The notes beneath the pieces are model-generated. The model ran no database searches. It saw nothing but the letters and a program-made list of their open reading frames with translations, and had not been told where the DNA came from. From Acutalibacteraceae bacterium (lineage in GTDB: Bacteria; Bacillota; Clostridia; Oscillospirales; Acutalibacteraceae): DNA of 28,369 nt. A program made the translations under genes and the position numbers. Position 1 is the first letter of the stretch, and each line of letters opens with the position of its first letter. This document shows, piece after piece, positions 1-9,762 of this stretch. The stretch spans positions 1 to 28,369 of the forward strand of contig JAXJYT010000082.1 in assembly GCA_036306845.1 (NCBI GenBank), given 5' to 3'.

Positions 1-396
1 GATAAGGAGGGCTTCCTTCGTAGTGAAACCTCACTTGTGCAGACCATAGGTCGCGCCGCGCGTAACGCTAACGGTGAGGTTATAATGTACGCCGATACCG
101 TTACACGCTCTATGGAAAACGCTATCAGAGAAACCAACCGCCGTCGTGAAATTCAGACGGCTTATAACGAGGCGAACGGAATTGTTCCTAAAACCATCAT
201 TAAGGATGTACGCGATATTATTGAAATCGGAACCAAGGTTGAAAACGAAAAGCCGGATAGCAAGCTATCCCGCGCAGAAAAAGAGGCGCTTATAGGGCGA
301 CTTACAAACGAAATGCATCAGGCGGCTAAAATTCTTGAATTCGAGCATGCGGCATACCTTCGTGATCGCATAAACAAGCTTCGCGGCGGAAAATAA
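1..396 (+). CDS. uvrB: Excinuclease ABC subunit B, C-terminal part (5' truncated by window edge)
   Basis: Frame open from base 1: [22 protein letters not shown] (helicase motif VI), then the C-terminal UVR coiled coil ([20 protein letters not shown]). Lies upstream of uvrA. Confidence 0.97.
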   Translation, partial: DKEGFLRSETSLVQTIGRAARNANGEVIMYADTVTRSMENAIRETNRRREIQTAYNEANGIVPKTIIKDVRDIIEIGTKVENEKPDSKLSRAEKEALIGRLTNEMHQAAKILEFEHAAYLRDRINKLRGGK

Positions 397-407
397 TTAT
401 ATTGTAG

Positions 408-434
408 GGCGGGGGTTTACTCCCGCCGTTTTTT
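408..434 (+). terminator. Intrinsic terminator after uvrB
   Basis: GGCGGGGG-TTTA-CTCCCGCC stem (one G-U) followed by G and TTTTTT. Confidence 0.75.
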
Positions 435-458
435 ATTGTTATTTTTGCAAGAAAAATG

Positions 459-487
459 TTTACAATAAATTATAAATAAATTATAAT
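459..487 (+). promoter_or_regulatory. SigA-type promoter for uvrA
   Basis: TTTACA (459-464), 17 bp spacer, TATAAT (482-487). Confidence 0.6.
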
Positions 488-520
488 AATATTGTATATA
501 CACATTTGGAGGAAAATGCT

Positions 521-3358
521 TTGGCAAGTGATAAGCTGATAATAAAGGGTGCAAACGAGCACAACCTTAAAAATATTGACGTTGAGATTCCGCGTGATAA
601 GCTTGTGGTGTTTACGGGTCTTTCGGGTAGCGGTAAATCCTCGTTGGCGTTTGATACGATTTATGCCGAGGGTCAACGCCGTTACGTTGAATCACTTTCA
701 AGCTATGCTCGTCAGTTCTTAGGTCAGATGGAAAAGCCCGATGTTGAAACTATTGATGGGCTTTCTCCCGCTATATCCATTGACCAGAAAACCACTTCTA
801 AAAACCCACGCTCTACCGTAGGCACAGTAACCGAAATATATGATTATCTGCGTCTTTTATACGCGCGTGTGGGTGTTCCGCACTGTCCCGTTTGCGGAAA
901 AGAAATCAGTCAACAAACCACCGACCAGATTGTTGACGTTGTAATGGGATTGCCTGAGGGCAGTAAGATTCAGGTGCTTTCTCCCGTTGTAAAGGGCAGA
1001 AAGGGTGAGCATCAAAAGGAGCTTGAGGCAGCGCGCAAATCGGGATACGTAAGGGTAAGAATTGACGGCAACATTTACGATTTATCTGAAGAAATCAAGC
1101 TTGATAAGAATAAAAAGCATATGATAGAGGTAGTAGTAGACCGCCTTGTTATAAAGAGTGATATACGTTCCCGCCTTACCGACAGTATCGAAACCGCCAC
1201 CAACCTTTCGGGCGGCCTTATTGCTGTTGACGTAGTAGGCGGCGATGAATTGCAGTTTTCTCAAAGCTACGCTTGTGAGGAGCACGGAATCAGTATACCC
1301 GAGCTTACCCCCACGATGTTCTCCTTTAATAACCCTATGGGTGCGTGTCCGACATGTACGGGTATCGGCGTGTTTAAAAAAATTGACCCACGCCTTATTA
1401 TAAGTGATGAGGACAAGTCACTTAAGGACGGTTGTATCAAGGCGGCAGGTTGGGGTGTTAATTCCTACTTTAATCCCGATGCAGGCTCGCTTGCGCTTAT
1501 GTATTACGACGGTGTTGCGCGAAAATTCGGTTTCGATATAAACACACCGTGGCGCGATATACCCGAAGAAGCTAAAAACGTTGTGCTTTACGGCTCGGGT
1601 GAAGAAAAACTTGAACTTCACCGTAACACCGACTTTGGCGGCGGAACGTATTATGCCGCCTTTGAGGGCGTTGTAAACAATGTTCAAAGACGCTACGAGA
1701 ACACTAAAAGCGATTGGGCGCGCGCCGAATACGAAACCTATATGAGTGAAACGCAGTGTCCCGACTGTAAGGGCGCGCGACTTAAGCCCGAATATCTTGC
1801 GGTTACGGTGGGCGGCATTAACATTGAGCAGTTCTGCAATATGTCTATCGGTGAGGAAATCACCTTCATAAACGGACTACAGTTTGGTGCACGCGACCAG
1901 ATGATTGCAAAGCCTATTTTAAAGGAAATAAATTCACGCCTTTCCTTCCTTTCGAGTGTGGGCCTTGAATATTTGTGTCTTTCACGTTCGGCAGGTACTC
2001 TTTCGGGCGGTGAAAGTCAGCGTATACGCCTTGCTACACAAATCGGTTCATCGCTTATGGGTGTTTTATACGTGCTTGATGAGCCAAGCATCGGTCTTCA
2101 CCAACGCGATAACGAGCGTCTGCTTAATACGCTTAAGCGCCTGCGTGACCTTGGTAACACGCTTATCGTGGTTGAACACGATGAGGATACTATGCGCGCC
2201 GCTGACTATATCGTTGATATCGGACCCGGTGCGGGTATTCACGGCGGACACGTTGTGTTTAGCGGTACGCCCAAGGAGCTTGAAGCCTGCACTGAATCAC
2301 TTACCTCTGATTATCTTACGGGCAGAAAACGCATACCGATACCCGAAAAGCGTCGCAAGGGTAACGGTGGAAAGCTTGTTGTAAAAGGCGCGGCGGAAAA
2401 CAACCTTAAAAATATAGACGTGAAAATACCGCTTGGTCAGTTTGTGTGCGTTACCGGTGTTTCGGGTAGCGGTAAATCTTCACTCGTAAACGATATTATC
2501 TATAAGGTTTTGGCTAACAGACTTAACCGCGCAAAAACTATTGCCGGTAAATATAAGAGTGTCGATGGCATTGAACTGCTTGATAAGGTGATCGATATCG
2601 ACCAATCTCCCATCGGCAGAACACCGCGAAGCAACCCTGCAACATATACGGGTGTGTTCAATGATATACGTGAGCTTTTTGCAAGCACAAAGGATGCCAA
2701 AGCAAAGGGCTACAACGCGGGTAGATTTTCCTTTAACGTTAAGGGTGGTCGCTGTGAGGCGTGTAGCGGTGACGGTATTTTAAAGATAGAAATGCATTTC
2801 TTGCCTGATATATATGTTCCGTGTGAGGTTTGCGGCGGTACCCGCTATAACCGCGAAACCCTAAACGTACGCTATAAGGGCAAGAATATATATGATGTTC
2901 TTGAGATGACGGTAGAGGAGGGTATGTACTTTTTTGAAAGTCACCCTAAAATTTACCGTAAGCTTAAAACGCTTTTTGACGTTGGACTCGGTTACATCAA
3001 AATCGGTCAAAGCGCCACAACCCTTTCGGGTGGTGAGGCACAACGCGTAAAGCTTGCTACCGAGCTTTCTAAACGCTCTACGGGTAAAACCATATATATT
3101 CTTGATGAGCCCACAACGGGTCTTCACACTGCTGATGTTCACAGACTGATAGAGGTGCTTCACCGTTTTGTTGATGCTGGTAACACTGTGCTTGTAATTG
3201 AACACAATCTTGACGTCATAAAAACTGCCGACCATATAATCGATTTAGGTCCAGAAGGCGGTAACGGTGGCGGAACTGTGGTCGTAGCGGGTACACCCGA
3301 AGAGGTTTGCGAATGCGAAGCTTCATATACCGGTAAATTCTTGAAAAGAATACTTTAA
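521..3358 (+). CDS. uvrA: Excinuclease ABC subunit A
   Basis: Two ABC ATPase domains ([34 protein letters not shown]) and CxxC zinc fingers. Start set at TTG 521, 8 nt after GGAGG (508-512). Confidence 0.98.
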   Translation: MASDKLIIKGANEHNLKNIDVEIPRDKLVVFTGLSGSGKSSLAFDTIYAEGQRRYVESLSSYARQFLGQMEKPDVETIDGLSPAISIDQKTTSKNPRSTVGTVTEIYDYLRLLYARVGVPHCPVCGKEISQQTTDQIVDVVMGLPEGSKIQVLSPVVKGRKGEHQKELEAARKSGYVRVRIDGNIYDLSEEIKLDKNKKHMIEVVVDRLVIKSDIRSRLTDSIETATNLSGGLIAVDVVGGDELQFSQSYACEEHGISIPELTPTMFSFNNPMGACPTCTGIGVFKKIDPRLIISDEDKSLKDGCIKAAGWGVNSYFNPDAGSLALMYYDGVARKFGFDINTPWRDIPEEAKNVVLYGSGEEKLELHRNTDFGGGTYYAAFEGVVNNVQRRYENTKSDWARAEYETYMSETQCPDCKGARLKPEYLAVTVGGINIEQFCNMSIGEEITFINGLQFGARDQMIAKPILKEINSRLSFLSSVGLEYLCLSRSAGTLSGGESQRIRLATQIGSSLMGVLYVLDEPSIGLHQRDNERLLNTLKRLRDLGNTLIVVEHDEDTMRAADYIVDIGPGAGIHGGHVVFSGTPKELEACTESLTSDYLTGRKRIPIPEKRRKGNGGKLVVKGAAENNLKNIDVKIPLGQFVCVTGVSGSGKSSLVNDIIYKVLANRLNRAKTIAGKYKSVDGIELLDKVIDIDQSPIGRTPRSNPATYTGVFNDIRELFASTKDAKAKGYNAGRFSFNVKGGRCEACSGDGILKIEMHFLPDIYVPCEVCGGTRYNRETLNVRYKGKNIYDVLEMTVEEGMYFFESHPKIYRKLKTLFDVGLGYIKIGQSATTLSGGEAQRVKLATELSKRSTGKTIYILDEPTTGLHTADVHRLIEVLHRFVDAGNTVLVIEHNLDVIKTADHIIDLGPEGGNGGGTVVVAGTPEEVCECEASYTGKFLKRIL

Positions 3359-3423
3359 GTTTACACATTATTAACCAAATTTTGTGTAATAGCCTTTAAA
3401 ATACGACTTAAGGGGGGAGAGCA

Positions 3424-4266
3424 TTGTTCGGATATATAAGGGCTTGTAAGCCTGAGCTTAAAATGAAAGAATTTGAAACCTACAAGGCGGTTTACTGTTC
3501 ACTTTGCAGACGCCTTGGCAAGAGCTACGGTATGCTTTCCCGAATGACATTAAGCTACGATTTCACCTTTTTGGCACTGCTTAATATGTCGCTTTCCGAT
3601 GGGTGCGTGGCCTTTGAACAAAAGCGTTGCGCCTTTAACCCGCTTAAAAAGTGCAATTACTGTAAGTGCGATGATGCATTGGAATTACCTTCGGCTGCGG
3701 CAATGATAATGCTTTATTACAAAATCCTTGATAATATCGCCGATGAGCATGGATTTAAAAAGCTCGGTTTTATAATGCTGAAGCCAATATTTTCTTCGGC
3801 GCATAAAAAGGCGGCAAAAAAATACCCCGATGTAGAATCGGCGGTGGCAGATTATATAATGGCGCAGTCTGAAATAGAGGATGAAAATTCTGACTGCCTT
3901 GATGCCGCGGCTGACCCTACGGCAAGGGTTATGAGTGTGATTTTACCGCTTTGCAGTAACGATGATGGACAGAAACGGGTGCTTGAGCGCCTCGGTTACT
4001 GTCTTGGAAGATACATCTATCTGCTTGATGCCGCGTGCGACCTACCAAACGATATTAAAAAGGGTAGCTACAACGTGCTTAAGGCGGGAATTACGGGTGG
4101 AGCGGCAGAATACGCCAAAAGCCGCGTAGAACCGCAGCTTTACACCTGCATTAATGAGGCGGCAAAGGCATTAGAGCTACTTAACATAAAGAAATTCAAA
4201 TCAATTCTCGGCAACATAATATATCTTGGTTTAGAGGAAACCTTTAAAAAGGAGTTAAATAAATGA
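3424..4266 (+). CDS. DUF5685-family protein
   Basis: N-terminus MFGYI..KPELK..E...Y...YCSLC..LG..YG...R.TLSYD is characteristic of this clostridial family. G-rich RBS upstream; stop overlaps the next start. Confidence 0.8.
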   Translation: MFGYIRACKPELKMKEFETYKAVYCSLCRRLGKSYGMLSRMTLSYDFTFLALLNMSLSDGCVAFEQKRCAFNPLKKCNYCKCDDALELPSAAAMIMLYYKILDNIADEHGFKKLGFIMLKPIFSSAHKKAAKKYPDVESAVADYIMAQSEIEDENSDCLDAAADPTARVMSVILPLCSNDDGQKRVLERLGYCLGRYIYLLDAACDLPNDIKKGSYNVLKAGITGGAAEYAKSRVEPQLYTCINEAAKALELLNIKKFKSILGNIIYLGLEETFKKELNK

Positions 4267-4871
4267 ACAATCCCTACGAAGTACTTGGCATATCGAGAAA
4301 CGCTACCGATGAACAGGTAAAAAACGCTTACCGTGAACTTGCAAGAAAATATCATCCCGATAATTATGCCGATAATCCGCTTTCGGACTTAGCGAGTGAA
4401 AAGATGAAGGAAATTAACGACGCCTATGATGCAATTATGGCAGAGCGCCGTGCAGGTGCATCGCGCAAAAACGGTGGTCAGAGTGGCTACAGCTCGGCGC
4501 AGTCGGCATTTCCCGAGGTGCGTTCACTTATAAATCAAAACCGTCTTGAGCAGGCGCAGGAGGTGCTTGACGGCGTACCGCCGCATCACCGTAACGCTGA
4601 ATGGTATTTTTTAAACGGTACCGTTCTTTACCGCCGTGGTTGGTTTGACCAAGCATATACGAGCTTTGCTACGGCGGCACGTATGGACCCGCACAATATG
4701 GAATATCAGAATGCGGTCCGCAATGCGCAACGCCAACAGGGAGCACAGTATAATCCGTACCGTTCTTACGGCGGTCAGAGTGATTGTACGGGTTGCGATG
4801 TTTGTCAGGGTCTTATATGTGCCGACTGTTGTTGTGAATGTATGGGCGGCGATTTAATCCGTTGTTGCTGA
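4263..4871 (+). CDS. J-domain protein with TPR-like region and Cys-rich C-terminus
   Basis: NPYEVLG...AYRELARKYHPD (HPD motif), TPR-like AEWYFLNG...AARMDPHN, and tail CTGCDVCQGLICADCCCECMGGDLIRCC. Confidence 0.9.
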   Translation: MNNPYEVLGISRNATDEQVKNAYRELARKYHPDNYADNPLSDLASEKMKEINDAYDAIMAERRAGASRKNGGQSGYSSAQSAFPEVRSLINQNRLEQAQEVLDGVPPHHRNAEWYFLNGTVLYRRGWFDQAYTSFATAARMDPHNMEYQNAVRNAQRQQGAQYNPYRSYGGQSDCTGCDVCQGLICADCCCECMGGDLIRCC

Positions 4872-4872
4872 T

Positions 4873-5406
4873 ATGAAAAAAACGACTAAAATAACTCTTT
4901 GCGGATTATGTGCAGCACTTTCTACCGCTTTTATGCTTACAAGTTTTTTTCCATACCTCACCTATGCTATACCTGCAGTTGCAGGTCTTATAGCAATGGT
5001 GCCGCTTATTGAAATCGGTGCAATTTGGGGTATTGCTACCTATGCGGTAAGCGCGCCGCTTATATTGCTTTTCGGTGAAATCGAAGCATCTCTTTTGTAT
5101 GCGCTTTTGTTTGGATACTATCCCGTGCTTAAAGCAATCATTGAGCGCATTGACAAAATATGGATAGAATGGCTTATAAAGCTTTTCTGCTTTAATATTG
5201 CGGTGCTTGGTGCATATTTTGTCGGAAGACATATATTTATGGTATCCTATGAGGATTTGGGTGAATTCGGGAAATACGGTGCAGTAGCGTTCCTTGCGCT
5301 TTGTAACGTGGTGTTTGTGCTATACGATATTGCAATATCAAGGGTATCGGTACTTTATATGTCGCGAATTCATCCTAAAATTAAAAGATTGATAAAACAC
5401 TTATAA
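4873..5406 (+). CDS. Hypothetical integral membrane protein (about 5-6 TM segments)
   Basis: Hydrophobic segments throughout; starts 1 nt after the upstream stop and ends at a terminator. Confidence 0.8.
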   Translation: MKKTTKITLCGLCAALSTAFMLTSFFPYLTYAIPAVAGLIAMVPLIEIGAIWGIATYAVSAPLILLFGEIEASLLYALLFGYYPVLKAIIERIDKIWIEWLIKLFCFNIAVLGAYFVGRHIFMVSYEDLGEFGKYGAVAFLALCNVVFVLYDIAISRVSVLYMSRIHPKIKRLIKHL

Positions 5407-5434
5407 AAAAAGCGCCCGAAAGGGCGCTTTTTTT
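5405..5434. terminator. Bidirectional intrinsic terminator
   Basis: A7-GCGCCC-GAAA-GGGCGC-T7 between convergent genes. Confidence 0.92.
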
Positions 5435-5444
5435 ATAACTTAAT

Positions 5445-6077
5445 TTACTTTGTACCAAAAATACGGTCGCCTGCATCACCAAGACCGGGAAGAATATAAG
5501 CGTGGTCATTAAGACAGTCGTCAAGACCTGCACAGTAAACAGGCACATCGGGATGCGCCTTTGTGAACGCTTCAATACCCTCGGGCGCGGCAATAATGCA
5601 CATAAATTTAATTCTTTTGGGATTAAACTCTTTAATACGCGCTACCGCATCAATGGCGCTACCGCCGGTAGCAAGCATCGGGTCAAGCACGAAAACGTCG
5701 CGCTCCTCTAAATCGGCGGGAAGCTTGCAGTAGTAATCAACAGGTTGATGTGTTTCGGGGTCGCGGTACATGCCAATGTGACCAACCTTTGCGGCGGGGA
5801 TAAGGCTTAAAACGCCGTCAACCATACCAAGACCTGCGCGAAGAATCGGCACGAATGCCATCTTTCTGCCTGCCAATACCTTAGTTTTAGCAGTCATCAT
5901 AGGTGTCTTCGTCTTAACCTCACGAAGAGGCAGGTCACGGGTTGATTCGTAGCACATAAGCATTGCGATTTCGCTTACAAGCTCACGGAACTGCTTAGAG
6001 CCCGTGCGCTCATCACGCAAAATGGTAAGCTTGTGCTGGATAAGCGGATGATCCATAACAAAAACGTTTTCTTTCAT
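5445..6077 (-). CDS. upp: Uracil phosphoribosyltransferase
   Basis: [45 protein letters not shown]. Confidence 0.98.
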   Translation of the reverse strand: MKENVFVMDHPLIQHKLTILRDERTGSKQFRELVSEIAMLMCYESTRDLPLREVKTKTPMMTAKTKVLAGRKMAFVPILRAGLGMVDGVLSLIPAAKVGHIGMYRDPETHQPVDYYCKLPADLEERDVFVLDPMLATGGSAIDAVARIKEFNPKRIKFMCIIAAPEGIEAFTKAHPDVPVYCAGLDDCLNDHAYILPGLGDAGDRIFGTK

Positions 6078-6078
6078 T

Positions 6079-6528
6079 TTATGATTCCTCCTGATTTTCT
6101 ATAGCAATAATTTTATTAACTCTGGTCTGGTGGCGTCCACCCTCAAATTCAGTATCGACAAACAGGTCGGCAAGCTCTAACGCGGTGCCGATCCCTATAA
6201 CTCTGCCGCCAAGACAAAGGATGTTACTGTCGTTGTGAAGGCGTGTGTATTTTGCCGAAAAATGCTCACTGCAAGCGGCGGCGCGAATACCCTTAATCTT
6301 GTTCGCTGCAAGTGACATTCCAATACCCGTACCGCATACAAGAAAACCGCGTTCACATTCGCCACTTGTGATTTTCTCGCAAACTTTGATGGCAATATCG
6401 GGATAATCTACCGATTTGTTTTCATAAATACCGCAGTCAACAACCTCAAACCCGCGTGATTTAAGATGCTCTGCTATGGCGTTTTTATGCTCTAAACCAC
6501 CGTGGTCACAACCGATTACAATCTTCAT
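6079..6528 (-). CDS. rpiB: Ribose-5-phosphate isomerase B
   Basis: [41 protein letters not shown]. Confidence 0.97.
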   Translation of the reverse strand: MKIVIGCDHGGLEHKNAIAEHLKSRGFEVVDCGIYENKSVDYPDIAIKVCEKITSGECERGFLVCGTGIGMSLAANKIKGIRAAACSEHFSAKYTRLHNDSNILCLGGRVIGIGTALELADLFVDTEFEGGRHQTRVNKIIAIENQEES

Positions 6529-7241
6529 TTTTGTTTCTCCGTTTCCTTTTTTGCTTTAAGCTCACGCTCTGCTTGTGGCAGGCGAAGATATACAGGTAAT
6601 AACTTTTGCGGCGGTATGGTATTTCCCGCCAAAAATTCTTTTTCGGCACAAAGCGCTACACCTACAGCGTTTTGATATTTTAGATTTGGCGCGGCACATT
6701 CGATGTTTGGCTTGTCCGAGATTTGTTTTAAAAATATATCGGCGCCGTCACCGCATACGATAATTCTTTCATCACCGTAACCGTTATTAAGCTCATCAAT
6801 AAGCGTACCGATTTCAAGCGCACGGTCATCACATATACGGGTGATACTGTCGCCCGATATACGAAACAACGCATTATAGACCTGATTGCAACGCGCATCC
6901 ATAACGGCGCACAAAATACAGTCTTGTCCGCGGAAGCTTTCCGCCATAGCACCAAGTGTGGAAACACCGACACAGGATAAGCTTTTAGCCGCTGCCAATC
7001 CCTTTACTGCGCTGATTCCGATGCGGATACCCGTAAACGATCCGGGACCTGCGGCAATTGCAAGACCTTCAATCTCATCAAAGCTTATGTGCGCGGCGCT
7101 TAAAACATCATTAGCTAACGGTAAAAGTGTTTGTGAATGGGTAAGCTTCACGTTTATAAACGCCGAAGCCAAAACAGTGCCGTTTTCTATAATGGCGACC
7201 GATGCGGGTCCCGCCGAGCATTCAAATGCTAATATTTTCAA
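6525..7241 (-). CDS. tsaB: tRNA threonylcarbamoyladenosine biosynthesis protein TsaB
   Basis: HSQTLLP, GPGSFTGIRIG, MDARCNQVY, P.YLRLPQAERE; TTG start overlaps the tsaE stop. Confidence 0.95.
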   Translation of the reverse strand: MKILAFECSAGPASVAIIENGTVLASAFINVKLTHSQTLLPLANDVLSAAHISFDEIEGLAIAAGPGSFTGIRIGISAVKGLAAAKSLSCVGVSTLGAMAESFRGQDCILCAVMDARCNQVYNALFRISGDSITRICDDRALEIGTLIDELNNGYGDERIIVCGDGADIFLKQISDKPNIECAAPNLKYQNAVGVALCAEKEFLAGNTIPPQKLLPVYLRLPQAERELKAKKETEKQK

Positions 7242-7666
7242 GAAAAGGCACCTCCCGTTACGGTAATCGTTCTATCGGTATCACCGTTTTTGCGGATTTC
7301 AATGCGGATTACGTCATCCGGCAGAGCGGCTTCTATATTCTCGCTCCACTCAATAGCGCAAACGCCACCCGCTTCACAGTATTCAAAATATCCGGTTGAA
7401 TAAAGGTCGTCCCAACCGCTTATACGGTACATATCAAAGTGATAAATCGGAAGTCTGCCACCTGAATATTCGTTTATGATAGCAAAGGTAGGGGAGGTAA
7501 CGTCACCGCTAAAACCCAAGCCACGCGCAAGACCGCGAACAAAGCAGGTTTTCCCCATTCCAAGATCACCGCTAAAGGCAATAACCTCACCGCCCGTAAG
7601 GTGTTTGGAAAGACCTTCGGCAAAGCTTTCGGTATCCTTGGGGGACTTGGAATTAAATGTTAGCAT
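7238..7666 (-). CDS. tsaE: tRNA threonylcarbamoyladenosine biosynthesis ATPase TsaE
   Basis: GDLGMGKT, VTSPTF, YHFDMYR, IEWSE. Confidence 0.97.
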   Translation of the reverse strand: MLTFNSKSPKDTESFAEGLSKHLTGGEVIAFSGDLGMGKTCFVRGLARGLGFSGDVTSPTFAIINEYSGGRLPIYHFDMYRISGWDDLYSTGYFEYCEAGGVCAIEWSENIEAALPDDVIRIEIRKNGDTDRTITVTGGAFS

Positions 7667-7698
7667 GTATAATCTCCCCCTTTCTCATTATCCATATA

Positions 7699-7727
7699 AT
7701 TTTATCACAATAAAATGGTAGTGTCAA
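7699..7727 (-). promoter_or_regulatory. SigA promoter for tsaE-tsaB-rpiB-upp
   Basis: Minus strand TTGACA (7727-7722), 17 bp spacer, extended TGnTAAAAT (-10 at 7704-7699). Confidence 0.75.
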
Positions 7728-7770
7728 TGTAAAAAGCATAGGTTTTGTTCATAATTTTTTAAAAATTTGG

Positions 7771-7799
7771 TTGTATTTAAGCGCGTGGTATGATATAAT
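7771..7799 (+). promoter_or_regulatory. SigA promoter for the E2-like gene
   Basis: TTGTAT, 17 bp spacer, TATAAT with extended TG at 7791-7792. Confidence 0.7.
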
Positions 7800-7826
7800 T
7801 TTAGATAGATTTTTTGGAGGGATTTT

Positions 7827-8678
7827 ATGAGGCCTGATGGAAAAAGACTAAGAAATTGCGACCCAATGTATACGGTAGCGGCTTATATAATGGATAAGCG
7901 AATGGATTCTATGAATGCCATCACCCTTGATATACCGCTTGAGCCGATACAGGAATACCTTAATAAGAAACGCAAGGAAGGGCATAATATAAGCCATATG
8001 GCAGTTATGCTTGCGGCTTTTTTGCGTACTACCGCTGAATATCCTGAGCTTAATCGATTTATCGTTAACAAAAAGGCATATGCCCGTAATGAGTTTGCGG
8101 TTGGTATGGTTGTGCTTAAGAGCGGTGAGGCAAGTCACGGTACAATGTCAAAAATGTATTTTAATATGACCGATACAATTTTGGACGTAAATAATACCAT
8201 CAATAAATTTGTTGATGAAAACCGTGAGACACCCGATAATAACGGCACCGAAAAGCTGATTAAGTTCCTTTTGAGCGTACCGGGTATATTACCGGTAGGC
8301 GTTGGAATTTTTAAATGGCTTGATAAGCACGGATTACTTCCGAAGGCAATTATCGATATGTCACCGTTCCATAATACCATGGTTATTTCAAACCTTGCAT
8401 CTATCCGTACAAATCATATTTATCACCATATTTACGAATTTGGCACTACAAGTATGATTATGACAATGGGTAATTCGCGTGAGGTACCGCACCGCAAGGG
8501 CGGTGAAATCGTATTTGAAAAGTGTATGCCGTTAGGCGTAGTTATGGATGAGCGTATTGCTTCGGGCAGCTATTATGCGATTGCTTTCCGCCGTATGAAG
8601 CAGTATCTGCGCAATCCCGAATTGCTTGAAACACCGCCCGAAAAGGTTGTTGCTGATCCGGGACTTAAAAAATCTTAA
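7827..8678 (+). CDS. Stand-alone 2-oxoacid dehydrogenase E2-like (acyltransferase catalytic-domain fold) protein
   Basis: YPELNRF, TMVISNLAS and MPLGVVMDERIASG align with the E2 catalytic-domain motifs (P.LN, T.TISN.G, DHR..DG). No lipoyl domain. GGAGG RBS. Confidence 0.8.
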   Translation: MRPDGKRLRNCDPMYTVAAYIMDKRMDSMNAITLDIPLEPIQEYLNKKRKEGHNISHMAVMLAAFLRTTAEYPELNRFIVNKKAYARNEFAVGMVVLKSGEASHGTMSKMYFNMTDTILDVNNTINKFVDENRETPDNNGTEKLIKFLLSVPGILPVGVGIFKWLDKHGLLPKAIIDMSPFHNTMVISNLASIRTNHIYHHIYEFGTTSMIMTMGNSREVPHRKGGEIVFEKCMPLGVVMDERIASGSYYAIAFRRMKQYLRNPELLETPPEKVVADPGLKKS

Positions 8679-8685
8679 AATACAC

Positions 8686-8714
8686 TTGATTTTACAAGTG
8701 TTTTGGTATACAAT
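8686..8714 (+). promoter_or_regulatory. SigA promoter for fba, overlapping a small hairpin (ACACTTG/CAAGTGT plus T run) after the upstream stop
   Basis: TTGATT (8686-8691), 17 bp spacer, TACAAT (8709-8714). Confidence 0.5.
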
Positions 8715-8751
8715 ATATTGGTAAATTTTTAACAAATGGAGGATTTTTATC

Positions 8752-9615
8752 ATGTTGGTTTCTGCAAAAGAAATGCTCAACAAGGCAAAGGCCGGCAAGT
8801 ACGCTGTTGGTCAGTTTAACATTAACAATCTTGAGTGGACAAAGTCTATTCTTCTTACCGCACAGGAGCTTAATTCTCCCGTAATCCTTGGCGTGTCCGA
8901 GGGTGCAGGTAAGTATATGTGCGGCTACAAGACCGTTGTTGGTATGGTTAACGGTATGATTGATGAGCTCGGTATCACCGTTCCGGTTGCACTTCACCTT
9001 GACCACGGTAGCTACGAAGGTGCAAAGGCTTGTATCGAAGCAGGCTTCTCGTCCGTTATGTTTGACGGTTCACACTATCCGATTGAAGAAAACATCGCTA
9101 AAACCAAGGAATTGGTTGGCATTTGTGATGAGCTTGGTCTTTCTCTTGAGGCTGAGGTTGGCGCTATCGGCGGTGAAGAGGATGGCGTTGTAGGCAGCGG
9201 TGAGGTTGCAGACCCCGAAGAGTGCAAGATGATTGCAGACCTTGGCGTTACAATGCTTGCTGCAGGTATCGGTAACATTCACGGTAAGTACCCTGAAAAT
9301 TGGGCAGGCTTAAGCTTTGATACTCTTGATGCTATTCAGCAACGCACCACAACAATGCCGCTCGTTCTTCACGGCGGTACAGGTATCCCTGCTGATATGA
9401 TTAAGAAGGCTATTTCCTTGGGCGTTTCTAAAATCAATGTTAATACCGAGTGCCAGTTGAGCTTTGCTGAAGCTGTACGTAAGTACATTGAGGACGGCAA
9501 GGACCTTCAGGGTAAGGGCTTTGACCCCCGTAAGCTTTTAGCTCCCGGTTGTGAGGCTATTAAGGCTACCGTTAAAGAAAAGATGGAGCTTTTCGGATCG
9601 GTTGGCAAGGCTTAA
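8752..9615 (+). CDS. fba: Fructose-1,6-bisphosphate aldolase class II
   Basis: YAVGQFNINNLE, VALHLDHG, SVMFDGS, GNIHGKY, LVLHGGTG, KINVNTE. Confidence 0.97.
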   Translation: MLVSAKEMLNKAKAGKYAVGQFNINNLEWTKSILLTAQELNSPVILGVSEGAGKYMCGYKTVVGMVNGMIDELGITVPVALHLDHGSYEGAKACIEAGFSSVMFDGSHYPIEENIAKTKELVGICDELGLSLEAEVGAIGGEEDGVVGSGEVADPEECKMIADLGVTMLAAGIGNIHGKYPENWAGLSFDTLDAIQQRTTTMPLVLHGGTGIPADMIKKAISLGVSKINVNTECQLSFAEAVRKYIEDGKDLQGKGFDPRKLLAPGCEAIKATVKEKMELFGSVGKA

Positions 9616-9633
9616 TTTTAGTTTTAGATTTGT

Positions 9634-9671
9634 GGCAGAATGGAACTTTTGAGTTCCTTTCTGCCTTTTTT
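9634..9671 (+). terminator. Intrinsic terminator after fba
   Basis: GGCAGAA.GGAACT-TTTG-AGTTCC.TTCTGCC followed by T6. Confidence 0.9.
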
Positions 9672-9689
9672 GTTATATATAATATATAC

Positions 9690-9718
9690 TTGCAAAAAAT
9701 ATAAAAAAATAGTATAAT
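9690..9718 (+). promoter_or_regulatory. SigA promoter for the tepA-ftsK operon
   Basis: TTGCAA, 17 bp spacer, TATAAT. Confidence 0.6.
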
Positions 9719-9762
9719 TACACTGTATTGTTTGAAACTATTTCTATGTGGAGGTAGTTTCA

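Noticed and set aside
435..520. LexA/SOS box upstream of uvrA
   Set aside because: GAAAAATGTTT does not fit GAAC-N4-GTTC in sequence or spacing.
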